Positions 1-11,815 are shown, numbered from the stretch's first letter. The stretch is DNA of 64,000 bases from Cetorhinus maximus (GCF_964194155.1 NC_135899.1:52390001-52454000); one strand, 5' to 3'. Notes: generated from the letters alone by a model not told the origin. Made by a program: numbers and translations.

Positions 1-280
1 TGATCAGGAATCTCCTCTTCACTCTCTCTCCAATGCCTTCACATCCTTCAAGTATGGCACCCAGAACTGGACACAGTACTCCAGATGAGGCCTAACTACT
101 GTCTTGTGCAAGTTCAATATGAACTCCTTACTCTTGTACTCAATGTCCCAATAATTAAAGCCTAAGATACCATTTGCTTTACTAACTGGTCTCTCATCAA
201 GCCCTGCCATCTTCAATTATGTATGCACTGAGGTCCCTCTGTTCCTGCATCTCCTTTAGAGGCTCTCCCTTTATTTATTA
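1..280 (-). mobile_element. CR1-clade LINE fragment (RT C-terminal region)
   Basis: Minus ORF 19-216 reads KANGILG...LHKTVVRPHLEYCVQFWVPYLK-DVKALER, a typical CR1 ORF2 motif. Confidence 0.9.
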
Positions 281-1420
281 TCAGCGATAATAATAATTGG
301 CCAGCAATGTCAATGGAAACAGCAATACAAGTAACTAAAAGCTTGGTCAATGAATTAAGTTTTAAGGAGAGTCGTAGAGAGGAGAGTGTTGAAAACACAG
401 GGAGGGGCTTGGGGAAACATAGACTTGGTGGGCAAGAGAAAGAGGGCAGTTGAACAGATGGCTTCAATCTGAGATAAACAAATCCACAAGCTCCTTGCAT
501 GTTGCTGGTGGGAGGCTGGAGGGTCTGGGAGTTTAAGGAGATTGCTAGCGGGGAAAAGCCATAAGTAATCTTTGTAGTGCAGGATAATCTGCAGTGAGCA
601 TAGCTTCGCTGCCCATCGTGAGCAATTCCTACGCCCATTTCCCTCACCACTTGACCTTCCAAACAAACAAGCACTTCTGCCTCACTCCACTTGCAAGGAA
701 CCCACCACCAAACATCATTCCACCGCCCTGCCCACCTCAAGAGATTCAAATTACTATTAGCAAACTCCAGGCTACAATCACACTGGTGGGAACTGACAGA
801 AACCAAGTACCGGGTGCCCTCTGGCAACGGCAGAGCACGAGGTGGCCATCCACACAAACTACAAAGGACATTTGTTTCCAAGAAAGAGTATCAACAACCT
901 TTCTTCCCATGGGCAATCACATAGTGGAACAAGCTACCAAAGGAAAACAGAGCCTCATCACTTGAAACCTTCAAGACACATTTTTAGATCATTTTTATTG
1001 ATACTTTTTCCAGGTCCATGGCTACCATGTTGGTGGATTCAGTTATAGCCTTAAAAAGAGTGTTGGATAAGTATTTGGTGCAGAAACAAAAAGTTCTGGG
1101 ATACGGGGGTGGGGTTGGGAGTTAGGAGTCAGGACATTGCTCTTTGAAGGGTTGTAGGTTGACTGCCCTCCTGCTGTGCTGTAGGTTTCTATTCTATATC
1201 AGTAGGTCATGATAGTTCAGCAGATTAAAGGATGTTAGCCCGTGATGGCGACACAGCCAAAGCAGAAAGGAAAGACCCACACACTCCGACCAGCTCCCAG
1301 GATTAGACAAGTTCCTTCAGTGCGACGGAAAACCTATAACTCAACCCGGTAAACACCATGTACCAGATTGTGAACATTAAAGCACGAAGGGACCCCCGCC
1401 CGCCTCCCGCATTAACTCAC

Positions 1421-1475
1421 CAGCTCCGCTTCTCCTTCCAACAACTCCGCGCCACAACTGTTTAATTTTCAAATC
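1421..1475 (-). other. Putative non-coding first exon (proximal) of a minus-strand gene, probably CDCA8
   Basis: Donor GCTG|GTGAGT (intron starts at 1420) lies ~50 bp from a CHR element in a CpG-rich region. Gene identity is inferred only from human C1orf109-CDCA8 head-to-head synteny. Confidence 0.55.
1468..1473 (-). promoter_or_regulatory. CHR element (TTTGAA) of a cell-cycle promoter
   Basis: Minus strand reads GGGATTTGAAAATT directly next to the CCAAT boxes. CHR plus NF-Y is the established G2/M (DREAM/MMB) promoter architecture. Confidence 0.65.
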
Positions 1476-1484
1476 CCTTGGCTC

Positions 1485-1990
1485 AACCAATCAGAAACAC
1501 TACCAATCCGCAGCCAATCACAAAGCGGCTACCGCAGTGACAGCCAATTACGCCCCAGCTTATGTAGCGGACGGCTAATCAGACCCAGGCTTCCTCAGCG
1601 GCCAGTCAATCACAACCCTTCTGGCTCACCGGACGGCCAATCTCGATTCGGCGGCCTCAGTGGACGGCCAATCACAGCCCGTGAGCGTCAGTGGGCGGCC
1701 AATTACGCCCCGGTTCTCAGTAGGCGGCCAATCACAACCCGCTTGCCTCACTGGCTAGCCAATCACGGACCGGCTCTCTCAGTAGACGGCCAATCACGAC
1801 CCGGCTACTTCACCGACCGGCTAATCAGGAACTGACCGGCTGCCACAGAGGACGACTAATCACAGCTCTGCATCAGTGAACGACCAATCAAGAACCGGCC
1901 GTCTTAGTGGGCGACCAATCAGCGTCCGGCTGCCTAAGTTTACGGCCAATCACAGCCCGGTTGTCTCAGTGGACGGCCAATCACAGCTCG
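1485..1990. repeat. Tandem CCAAT-box array, ~31-bp period, ~16 units plus 2 closely spaced boxes
   Basis: (C/T)CAAT or CTAAT at ~1514, 1544, 1576, 1607, 1638, 1669, 1699, 1728, 1759, 1790, 1821, 1856, 1884, 1915, 1946, 1977. Unit resembles GCCAATCACAGCCCGGTTGTCTCAGTGGACG. Confidence 0.9.
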
Positions 1991-2489
1991 ATTGAATACC
2001 TAAGTCTAAAGCACAGAAATTCTCAAACCTGAACTTCCTTTGAGGCGCCTCTTAAAACTTATTGTTTTTGACCAAGTTTTTATCTGCCCTTTGTGCCTCT
2101 TTCAGTGTCATTTTTTCACAGAAGGTGCCATTCAGTTATCATCAGAATTTAGTCCTGCTTCCCAGCTTCATCCTCCTACTCCTACAAATGAATTAAAATA
2201 CATGTCCAATATGTACCTATGGAATCTGGCTCACTGCCCTCTCATGTAAGTGTGTTCCAGACCTTAATAATCATATAATTGCTTTGGCGCAGAAGGAGGC
2301 CATTTGGTCCATTGTGTTTGTACTGGCCCTCCGAATGAGCAATTCCGTTAGTGCCATTCTCCTGCCTTCTCCCCATAACCTTGCACATTCTTCCATTTCA
2401 GATAACAGTTTACTTTCCTTTTGAATGCTTCAATAGAATCTGCCTCCACCACGCTCTCAGGCAGTGCGTTCCAGGCCTTATAACCACTC

Positions 2490-3310
2490 AATGCGTGAAC
2501 AAAATGATAAAAGCAAAATACTTCCTGATTGGACGCCTTCAACTAGCTTCTCTAGTTGTTTTCATATGCCTGCAGTTGTGCCAGTATATTTGGTTGTTCA
2601 CATCCACCGCGTATGATCAATGTGACAACTGCTATACACGTGTCCCAAGTTTCCATGTGGGCTCATTCCTGTTGAGAACATTGAAAGTTTGTATTCTGAA
2701 TGGCTCTCCAATGCTCAACTCTGGAAATTATTTGACAGTTTTGTCAAAATGTAATTTGGATTTCTGCTTTTTCACCTTGAGTATTTCATTCACTCTTCTG
2801 ACTTCAGTAGCTGTTTTGTTGTTGGAAGAGTAGTTTGGGTGTGGTGTGACATTAGTCTTTGGACTGAACTACTTTCCATGCCTTCAATCAGTGTGTTTTT
2901 CTACTCGAGGATTGCCCTGTATACATCTGTGCTAGATTTGCTTGATTTCTACATGATTCCTTTGGCGATTTTCACTGCCACCTCAAACTTTCCATTTGAC
3001 TGGGGATAGCGTAGAGATGATGTATAGTATTGAATTTCCCAATCCTTTGTGAAGCGGTTGAATTCTTCACTCATGAGCTGAGGGCCTTGTCACTCATCAG
3101 AATATCTGGAATGCCATAACAATTGAAGTGTGTTTTCAGGCATTATACAATCTCACCAGGAGACGTTGAAGCCAGCTAATCTAACTCCCAGTAGTCAGAA
3201 TAGTAGTCTATGGTGATAAGATAATCAGTTCCTTCTAGAGTAAACAGGTCTACTCACAACTTCATCCATGGTCTGTCTGGGATGTCATGCTTCATCAACG
3301 ACTCTCTAGC
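2490..3310 (-). mobile_element. Degenerate Gypsy/Ty3 integrase fragment
   Basis: Manual translation: HDIPDRPWMKL*VDLFTLEGTDYLITIDYYSDYWE...GPQLMSEEFNRFTKDWEIQYYTSSLRYPQSNGKFEVAVKIAK, with stops and frameshifts. Confidence 0.8.
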
Positions 3311-3311
3311 T

Positions 3312-4095
3312 TTTTTTCTAATTCATTTTTGGGATGTGGGCATTGCTGGCTAGGCCAACATTTATTGTACATCCCTAATTACCTTTGAGAAAGTGGCGGT
3401 GAGCTGCCTTCTTGAACCCCTGCAGTCCCTGTAGTGTAGGTGCACTCACAGTACTGTTAGGGAGGGAGTTCCAGGATTCTGACCCAGCGGCAGTGAAGGA
3501 ACAGCGATATATTTCCAAGTCAGGTTCATGAGTGACTTGGAGGGGATCTTCCAGGTGGAGGTGTTCCCATGTGTCTGTTGCCCTTGTCCTTCTAGATGGT
3601 AGTGGTCATGGGTTTGGAAGGTGCTATCTAAGGAGCGTTGGTGAGTTTCTGCAGTGCATCTTGTAGATGGTACACACTGCTGCCACTGTTCGTCAGTGGT
3701 GGAGGAAGTAAATGTTTGTGGAAGGGGTGCCAATCAGGCGGGCTGCTTTGTCCTGGCTGGTGTCAAGCTTCTTGAGTGTTGTTGGAGCTGCACTCATCCA
3801 GGCAAACGGAGAGTATTCCATCACATTCCTGACTTGTGCCTTGTAGATGGTGGACAGGCTTTGGGGAGTCAGGAGGTGAGTTCCTCGCTGCAAGATTCCT
3901 AACCTCTTGCCTTTGTAGGCACAGTATTTATATGGCTAGTCCAGTTCAGTTTCTGGTCAATGGTAACCCCCAGGATGTTGATAATGCGGGCTTCAGCAAT
4001 AGTAATGCCATTGAATGTCAAGGGGTGATGGTTAGATTCTCTCTTGTTGGAGATGGTCGTTGCCTGGCATTTGTGTAGTGCGAATGTTACTTGCT
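3312..4095 (-). mobile_element. CR1-clade LINE 3' end (same family at 16495-16970, 24350-25155, 33380-33890, 61205-61605)
   Basis: IYKAQVRNVMEYSPFAWMSAAPTTLKKLDTSQDKAARLI, and a shared 3' tail ending cccacatccc...gaataaaaaa in several copies. Confidence 0.85.
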
Positions 4096-5030
4096 AGGCC
4101 CTGCTTGCTAATTTTCTATCTAGCTCCCTAAATTCAGAGTGCAGGACCACATCCCTCTTTCTACCTATGTCATTGGTACCGATGTGAACCCTGACTGCTG
4201 GCTGTTCACCCTCCCCCTCAGAGTGCTCTAAATCATCCTCATTGTGAAAAAATCCTCTTGTTCTTTAGCAAATCTTAAAGTGACCTCTGATTACCAACCC
4301 ATCTGCCAGTTTCTGTCTGCTTGTTCCATCAAACCTCTTCATAATTTTGAATACCTCTATTAGGTCTCTCCTTAAACTTCTTTGCTGTGGGAACATGGCA
4401 TCAGGAGCGGGACTTTAGCACCTCAAGCCATTCAATGAGATCATGACTGATCTGCAACAGGATTCCAAATCCACATACCCTTAATGCCTTTGATTAACAG
4501 ATTAATAATTAACAATTGCCATTTGCGAAAGGAAGTTCCAAATTTTTATCACCCTTTGCATATGCAAGTGTTTCCCAATTTCACTCCTGAAAGCTCTAAT
4601 TTTTAGGCTCTGCCTCCTCATCTTAGCCTAGAGGTTTGCAAACTGTGGCTTCGCGGGTGCATGCAGCTCATTAAGGACTCATGTCTAGTCCCCAGTATTC
4701 ATCAATCAAACCCATTTTGATGATAATTAAATGACACTTGTTTTTTTATTAAAATTTTATTAACATACTTGTGAGAATTCAATTACCAACTTTTTTGTAA
4801 ACACCTTTAAAATGTTAATGAAATATTTCTGTCTTGTTTTTCATTATTATTAGCATTTGAGTGACAGTATTGTGGCTTTTAAGATATTGTGTTTTTAACC
4901 CCTAAATTTTGAAAAGGGTTATTGTTATGAAGATAAAAACAAAAAGCTAAAAGCTACTGCGGATGCTGGAAATCCAAAACAAAATTTATATTTATATTTA
5001 TATTGCAAAAACTGCCCTTGGTAAGCTCAC

Positions 5031-5152
5031 CTCATTCCATGTCATCGGCTCAGTTCTAAACAGCGAGCTCGTAAACTCAACAGAGAGACGTTTTTTATAA
5101 TCCTGTGGTTTGTCTTCAGATATACGGAACAAAACTGCTGCAGCATAGGTAG
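5031..5152 (-). pseudogene. CTNNB1: Captured beta-catenin exon, copy 1 (two substitutions)
   Basis: 122-nt exon, ag|CTACC...GAG|gtgagc, reading (A)[40 protein letters not shown]. Confidence 0.93.
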
Positions 5153-6005
5153 CTTTATAAATACAAATTAGACTTCATTACGGTTTATACTTCTATCCCA
5201 TTTGGCATATTCAACACAAGCTCCAAGTGTCATGCATGCACACTTGGGAACAATCTGAACAAACACAAAGAAATCAGAGACAATGTACATCTCATGTAAT
5301 AGGGAACAGCCAAAAATGAAAAGGCAGCCAATCTGAACCATAAAAACAAATGTTGGTAGGTCAAAAGTACTTCAGATGCTGGAAAGCTGAAATAAAAACA
5401 GCACGCCTGCCACACATGTGCAGAAAGAAATAGAGTTAAGGTTTCAGATTTTGATAGAAGGTCATTGACCTGAAACATCAACTCTGTTTCTCTCCCCACA
5501 GGTGCTGCCAGACCTGCTGAGTATTTCCTGCACCTTTTTTTTTATTGCCTTAAGTGGGTACCATTCCCAGCTTGGTCTATTGATGGCCACATTGTACTGT
5601 GCTCATACTGGCATCGGTCAGAGATTAAATGGCCTGAAATCTAATGTGGTCCATCTAGGAACTTTGTTCCAATAACAGATTCACGTTAGGTCTATGGAAT
5701 TCTTGATGCTTTTTCACACACACAGAAATGTTAGATTGGCTCAACAGGTTTCAATCATTCTCTCTCAGACAGGCTTTGTACAGACATCAACTACCAAGCC
5801 TCATTAACCATGCACCCATTACTCAACAAACCAAGTTTGCCATTTCATTATACTCACATATATTTGCCATTTCATATATCCCTCCGCAAGCATTTCTGTG
5901 CACTCTCTCATACAACACACTAGAACTCTATGGGAAAATCTTAAATCAATACATAAATATTGAATTTCAGCTGAAATTTTTTAAAACAAAGCTAAATGTT
6001 CTTCA

Positions 6006-6188
<183 letters not shown>

Positions 6189-7629
6189 TCATTACGGTTT
6201 ATACTTCTATCCCGTTTGGCATATTCAATTTAAATCTCAATTTCAATATTTTAATTAAATCGGTTATACTTCTATCCCGTTTGGCATATTTCAATTTAAA
6301 TCTCCATTTATATTTCTCCCTTCTTCTAACTATGCTTCAGTTCTGCCGAAGGGCCATGAAGGCTCAAAACGTTAACTGATTTCTTCTCCGCCGATGCTGC
6401 CAGACCTGCTGAGTTTTTCCAGGTAATTTTGTTTTTGTTATTGTTATGAAGGTTGCCAATTATTGTTCTGGACTCTCCAATATTTTGTATCTATTTTATC
6501 TGTTCCCCTTAATATCTTGAAAACGTTAATCAAATCACCCTTTAACTTTCAAAATTCAAGGGAATACAACCCTAAATTGTGTAATCTCCCATTGTAATCT
6601 AACCTTTGGTGTCCAGATATCATTCTGGTAAATCTATGCAGCACCTCCTCCAAGGCAATACATCCTTCCTAAGATGTGGCGCTCAGAACTGCTCACACTA
6701 CTCCAGGTGTGGTCTAGCCAAGGATTTTTTTTAGGATGCAGCCTTCTAACCCCTTATTTTCTAGTACTCTTAGATATAAAGACTAGAATGCCATTATCCC
6801 TTTGATTATTTTCTGTAGCTGTTCATACTTTTTGAATGATTTCTGTACACGGGCTCCCAAGTCACCTTGGACCTCCACTGTTTCTAGCAGAATGCACTTT
6901 GTTCTGTCCTTTTTAGATCCAGAGTAGATGACCTCACATCTGCTTACACTGAATTGATTTAATCTATTAATAGCTCTGTACTTTCATGTTTTAATCTACA
7001 AGGTACATAATTCCACCCATCTTAGTGTCATTAGCAAACTTGGATATGTGGCTTTCTGTCCCACCATCTCAATCGTTAATATGGTAAATAGTTGAGGCCT
7101 TAACATAGATCCTTAATGTATACCACTAGTCATGTCATACCAATTAGTATACCTGCCCATTACCCCTACTCTCTGTTTTTTGCCACTCAGCCAATTTTCT
7201 AATCTGGTCAATAATTTGCCTCAATTCCATGTGCATCACATTTAGTTAAGTTTCTTATGAGGGATTTTACCAAATGCCTTCTGGGAACCCAGCAAAATAA
7301 CATCCATCGGCATTCCACCATGCACTACTTTAATCACCTCTTCAAAGAAATTCAATCAGGTTCATCAGGTGTGACCTATCCTTTACAAATCTATGCTGGC
7401 TGTCTCTGATCAACTGAATTTTCAAGGCATTCAATTACCCTATCCTTAATTATAGACTGTAGATATTTCCTGACAACAGATGTTGGGCTAACTGCTCTAT
7501 AATTCCCCGGTTTCCTGCTTTCAGCTTTCTTAAATAGCACAGTGGTGTGCAATTTTCCAATCTAAAGTAAGAATTTGAGCATCAAGACAACTTTGAAAGA
7601 TTATAGTGAGGACATCTGCAATGTCTCAT

Positions 7630-8200
7630 GGTATGGACAGGAGTGTGATTAATTTAAACAGCATAAATTCCTCTTCTTGCCACTTGCCTATAAATAGAAA
7701 AGTGTTTTGATTTGCTCCCCCCCGCCCCCCTGCCAATTTAAGCAATGGCTTTTTCCCAACCCCTCTGTTTTGGTGTGATCCAATTTTTATTATTAACCCC
7801 ACAGCAAACTTGAAAGAGGATGAACTCAAAGGGTTAGTTTATTTGCACACACTCAACGTGGTAGGAAGATCACAGCATTGCCTCCTTTGCCTTTGTACAG
7901 TAAAGGAGGGATAGAGAAAAGAAATATTAACAGTGCAGAGAGCACAGAGAAAAGAAGTATTGTTTCACATGGGTGCAGAGTCCAGAATCAAAGTCCAAAG
8001 AAGTATTCCTTCATGGAGGTCGGTGAGCAGAAAACTGATGCTGGATAATTCACTTTTCTGGTGGTGGTGAATTCACACGATGAGATAGGCATGCAGAGAT
8101 GAATAAGGCTTATAGGCGATGGTACAGAAGTTCCAGCAGAAACAGTGTAGATGCGGCCAGGTATTCAAGCTGGGTATTCAAGTAGTATGTCATAAATGAT
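7630..8200 (-). mobile_element. LTR-like repeat fragment (same family as 52959-53910)
   Basis: Collinear similarity: ggacaggag...taatttaaa...tgtgatcc...aagggtt..tttattt..cacactcaa...agtccagaatcaa...tggtacagaagttc. Confidence 0.6.
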
Positions 8201-8209
8201 CAGCTGTCC

Positions 8210-8601
8210 TTTTTTACTAACAGGCAGCTTGATGTTTATTCTTGATCATGCACAACTTAGAATTATCAGAAAGAAAAGCATGATTTTCTTTAAAAAATTA
8301 AAAAATAAGTTCAGGATTAAGATCATCAGGTTTTAAGTTACAGCCCAAAAGGAACATGAGAGAAGCAGATTTGTTGCTGACATACAGCAGGTTGTGGATG
8401 GGGAAGGTAAATGTAGTGTGATTATAGCCAAGCCCTGCATATTCAATGCACAATCTTCAAGCTTGCTCATGTTTGTGTGCCAAAAGCAGGAGACAAACCG
8501 AATAATGATTTCACTCGAGTCTCAAGAGGTCTACATCAAAAATCAAAGTAGCATTAGGTAGAATGACGCCAGGGTGGCCAGCAGCTCCATAAGCATAGTC
8601 A
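8210..8601 (-). pseudogene. 5'-truncated processed FKBP1A/FKBP1B-type retrocopy
   Basis: [29 protein letters not shown] (8601-8511), then a ~270-nt 3'UTR, AATAAA (~8235-8240) and a short A6 tail at ~8210-8215. Confidence 0.85.
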
Positions 8602-8981
8602 GTTCTTTTCTGTGAGGCTGCTTGTAGGATGGTAAACAGCAGACTGACTGCCGTTTGCGATTGTCCCGGAATTTGGCTTGATCTCCCGTGGACTTCCCGA
8701 GACTCCATTTGTCCTGGATCTCTCCAGACAGCGAGGGAGAAAACTGCTCAAGGTCTCCCCTTGTCGCTGCCCAATCATTGTTGGTGTATGTGCACTATGC
8801 TGCCACCAGAGCTAGCACAGGGCTCATGAGCAGACACAGGGTGTAGCAGCACTAGTGGCTGGCACCACTGTTCTCCCAGCTTCAACAGATGGATGGTTGG
8901 CATTGCAGTTGGGTGAGTTTGAGTGGGAGGGTGGGTTCGGCAGGCTCCATCTCGCCCGAGTGGAAGGGACAGCAACACTAT

Positions 8982-10129
8982 GGGTAGAATTTTCCACTCG
9001 GCATGTGGGCGCGCACCAAACACGTGAAATAGCGTACGATAACATTGGATGAGCGTCCTGATGCCATTGCGCACTCACGTGATATTTCGATCGGTGGGTG
9101 TGCGCAAGAGTCAGCAGCGTGCCCGCCGACAATTAAGGGCCTGTTAAGACCGTTAATGGAGCAATTAACAGCAATTTTTCGCTGCCTGTCCAAAGTTACA
9201 GTTGGCGGGCGGGTGAATCAGCCAGGCGGCCTTTGCATTTTTGAAGAAACCTCAAACAAGGGCGGGATGAAGTTTCTGAGATTAATTCAAAAAAAGATTA
9301 AAGTGTTTGGACAGAATGTTCAGCGTCCGTATGTTGAGGTGCCTCATTCTGAGACCTGCACATTTTTTGAGGATTTTAAATTCTGATTTTATCGATTTTA
9401 AATTCGTCAGCTCTGTGAGGCAGCTCTCTGTCTTCAGGGAGCTTTCCTTCCGCACTCTCATGCTGACTTCAGCGTTCGCCCTCCTCCCGCCCCGGCAGTA
9501 TTTTATTTGTAGACCCAATTATAAAATTTATGCCATCAATACACAGGCTCCACCAACTTCCTTGATCTTCTCTTCAGCCTTCCTGCTGAAGAACTTTGCC
9601 TTGACAATGACTGGCTGTTTTGGTAGTCTTCCTTTGCCCAGGACTTTATAGTAACCAGCATGCACAACATCAATAACAGGTGCTGGTCCTTCAGGTTTCT
9701 TGGCATAGTTTAATCTGGTCTGTTCACTGACCAGCGTCCACAGCTTATCCAGATTTATGGTCGGACAGAACAACTGATTCTTCTTTAGATGATAATGTCT
9801 CATACCAACTTTTCCAAAGTAACCTGGATGATATTTATCAAAGTTGATTCTGTGATGATGCATACCACCAGCATTGCCACGACCACCAGGATGCTTCCTG
9901 TGTTTGCCAATACGGCCATGACCATGGCTAACGTGTCCTCTTAACTTCCTGGTTTTTCTCAATCTGGATGGCATCTTGGCTGATGACGCAAAAGAGCTCC
10001 CGCCCCGGCAGGGCTGAGCCTTTCAGCGTGCCTTTCACGCTGGCTGGGCGGCCGTTAATTGGCCATCCAGTGTGAAACCGCGGTCAGCGGCTTGTTCCCC
10101 AGTCGCCCGCCGGCCCTAAAATTCTACAC
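8982..10129. mobile_element. Non-autonomous Harbinger/PIF-type MITE hosting the RPL27A retrocopy
   Basis: TIRs GGGTAGAATTTT and AAAATTCTACAC, 3-bp flanks tat/tgt. Same family as 13038, 22674, 23426, 37517 and 56253. Confidence 0.75.
9499..9996 (-). pseudogene. RPL27A: Processed RPL27A (uL15) retrocopy with intact 148-aa ORF (9528-9974)
   Basis: [37 protein letters not shown]..., no introns, 5'TOP CTCTTTT start, 15-bp TSD CTCCCGCCCCGGCAG at 9484-9498 and 9997-10011. Confidence 0.95.
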
Positions 10130-10556
10130 TGTAGTTCCAGCATCCCCTCCTGTTCCTTTGGTCCCTGGTAGCGCCCAGCCCCAGGGCTGCTTTGGTCTGT
10201 CACCAGCCTCCACCTTCCACTCTCCAGGTGAAGGGTCCCTCAATTCCACCCCCCCTCCTCCCCGTTGGTCACCCTGGTTATGTCCTGGAACGCGGTGCCT
10301 GAAAGACAGACCAGGGGAAACAAATTCAATCACTTTCAAAAGGGAATTGGATAAGTACTTGAACTGGATAAATTTTGCAGGGTTACGGGGGAATGCGACT
10401 AAATGAATAAACTGCACCAAAGAGCTAGCACAGGCACGCTGGGCCGAATGGCCTCAGTGCGGAGTGGGTGGCCCTGTCCCGATGCCCCTGGAGAGGAGGG
10501 GGGGTGGCGGGGTAGGGGAGTGGGTCCGGTGAAAGTGACGCACGATCATTACTGAC

Positions 10557-10612
10557 CGCTCAGCTTCTCACTGACAATCGCCGGCCCACGCCACTACAGT
10601 TTAAAATTCAAG
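10557..10612 (-). other. Putative distal non-coding first exon plus CHR variant, paralogous to 1421-1475
   Basis: Donor GCG|GTCAGT (intron starts at 10556), CTTGAA/TTTAAA at 10600-10612, and visible similarity to the proximal cassette. Confidence 0.5.
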
Positions 10613-10621
10613 TACAGCAAA

Positions 10622-10865
10622 TGAGCCAATCACAGTACAGCCGGTACATGTATCCGCCAATCACAGTGCGGCCGGCTGAGGAGACCGCTAGTCACAATGC
10701 AGGCGGTTGAGGAGGCAGCCAATCACAGTGCGGCCGGTTGAGGAGACAGCTAATCATAGTGCGGGCGGTTGAGAAGACAGCCAATCACAGTGCGTCCGAC
10801 TGAGGAGACAGCCAATTACAATGTGGCCAAATGAGGAGCTAGCCAATCACAGTGCAGCCTGCTGA
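10622..10865. repeat. Second CCAAT array, 8 units at an exact 31-bp period
   Basis: GCCAAT, GCTAAT or GCTAGT at 10625, 10656, 10687, 10718, 10749, 10780, 10811, 10842. Confidence 0.9.
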
Positions 10866-11049
10866 CGGGACTGTCATTTACCATGCGCTTTTCCCAGGGC
10901 AGGGCCACAAGGTTCAATATTGAAAAGCTAAAATATTTTTTGAGAATTTAAGAGGAACAAAAAAAGCCGAAGAGTCAAACCTACCATCCTATTCTCAGTT
11001 TCGATTTAGATATTGGTGCGATAGAAATTGAAATTTTACTGTGGGCAAG

Positions 11050-11102
11050 GCATTATGGGACTTGTAGTCCTGAAGTGGTGCGGCGGCGGCAGCGCGCATG
11101 CG
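11050..11102. promoter_or_regulatory. ZNF143 (SBS/ACTACA) and NRF1 sites of the AIRIM promoter
   Basis: Reverse complement GACTACAAGTCCCATAATGC at 11050-11069 and GCGCGCATGCG at 11092-11102, in a CpG-rich stretch. Confidence 0.8.
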
Positions 11103-11142
11103 GGAATCCTGCGCTCCGCGGAATCGGATCCAATTTCGGGCG
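11100..11142 (+). other. AIRIM: Putative non-coding exon 1 of AIRIM
   Basis: Donor GCG|GTGAGA at 11143 (alternative CAG|GTACCG at 11165) just downstream of the promoter motifs. The start is approximate. Confidence 0.5.
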
Positions 11143-11587
11143 GTGAGAGTGTGTGGTGGTGCAGGTACCGTGTTCCAAACAGGCATTTGGGGTGAAGGCC
11201 CATCACTGCAGTTAAAGTCACCGTGGTTGTCACGTGAGCCGGTTGGAACTGGCCAGGGTTAAGCCTGTGTAGGAAAGGGACGGAGCCTGTATGACCTTCT
11301 CCCATCTGGGTTTCTCAGGTTCAATGCAGTGGGATATCTTAACTCGTTTAGCAACCCCAGGCAGGACACCTTACAGACTGTCAATGTGCAAGTACAGTAC
11401 AACTGAAAAACTCGAGGAAGTCTTTCAGAGTGTTAGTAGTAAGGGAATGGGGCTCTGTAGGACCAAATCGTGATTGCATTCTCAGTGCACTTTGTTGCTG
11501 ACAGCAAATTGCATTTATATAGCTTCCAGGAAAACGGCCAAAGGCACTTCACAGGATCATCATCAGTCAGAGGTTGATAATGAACCA

Positions 11588-11815
11588 GAATTATCTGGAA
11601 AAACTCAGCAGGTCTGGCAGCATCGGCGGAGAAGAAAAGAGTTGACGTTTCGAGTCCTCATGACCCTTCAGCAGAAGTTCTGTTGAAGGGTCGTGAGGAC
11701 TCGAAACGTCAACTCTTCTTCTCCGCCTATGCTGCCAGACCTGCTGAGTTTTTCCAGGTAACTCTGTTTTTGTTTTGGATTTCCAGCATCCACAGTAGTT
11801 TTTTGTTTTTATTAT
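11588..11815. mobile_element. Palindromic Penelope-like pLTR remnant with two hammerhead-like motifs
   Basis: Inverted arms centred at ~11677, flanked by an imperfect duplication AGAGGTTGATA(A/C)TGA(A/G)CCA at 11569-11587 and 11816-11834. Confidence 0.8.

Noticed and set aside
213-1048. ORFs of 68-222 aa as CDCA8 coding exons
   Set aside because: No recognisable borealin similarity; they overlap L2 and other repeat remnants.
1485-1990. CRISPR-like repeat-spacer array
   Set aside because: The whole 31-bp unit is repeated with drift, there are no unique spacers or cas genes, and the context is vertebrate.
9528-9974. Parental RPL27A gene
   Set aside because: Intronless, flanked by a TSD and located inside a MITE.
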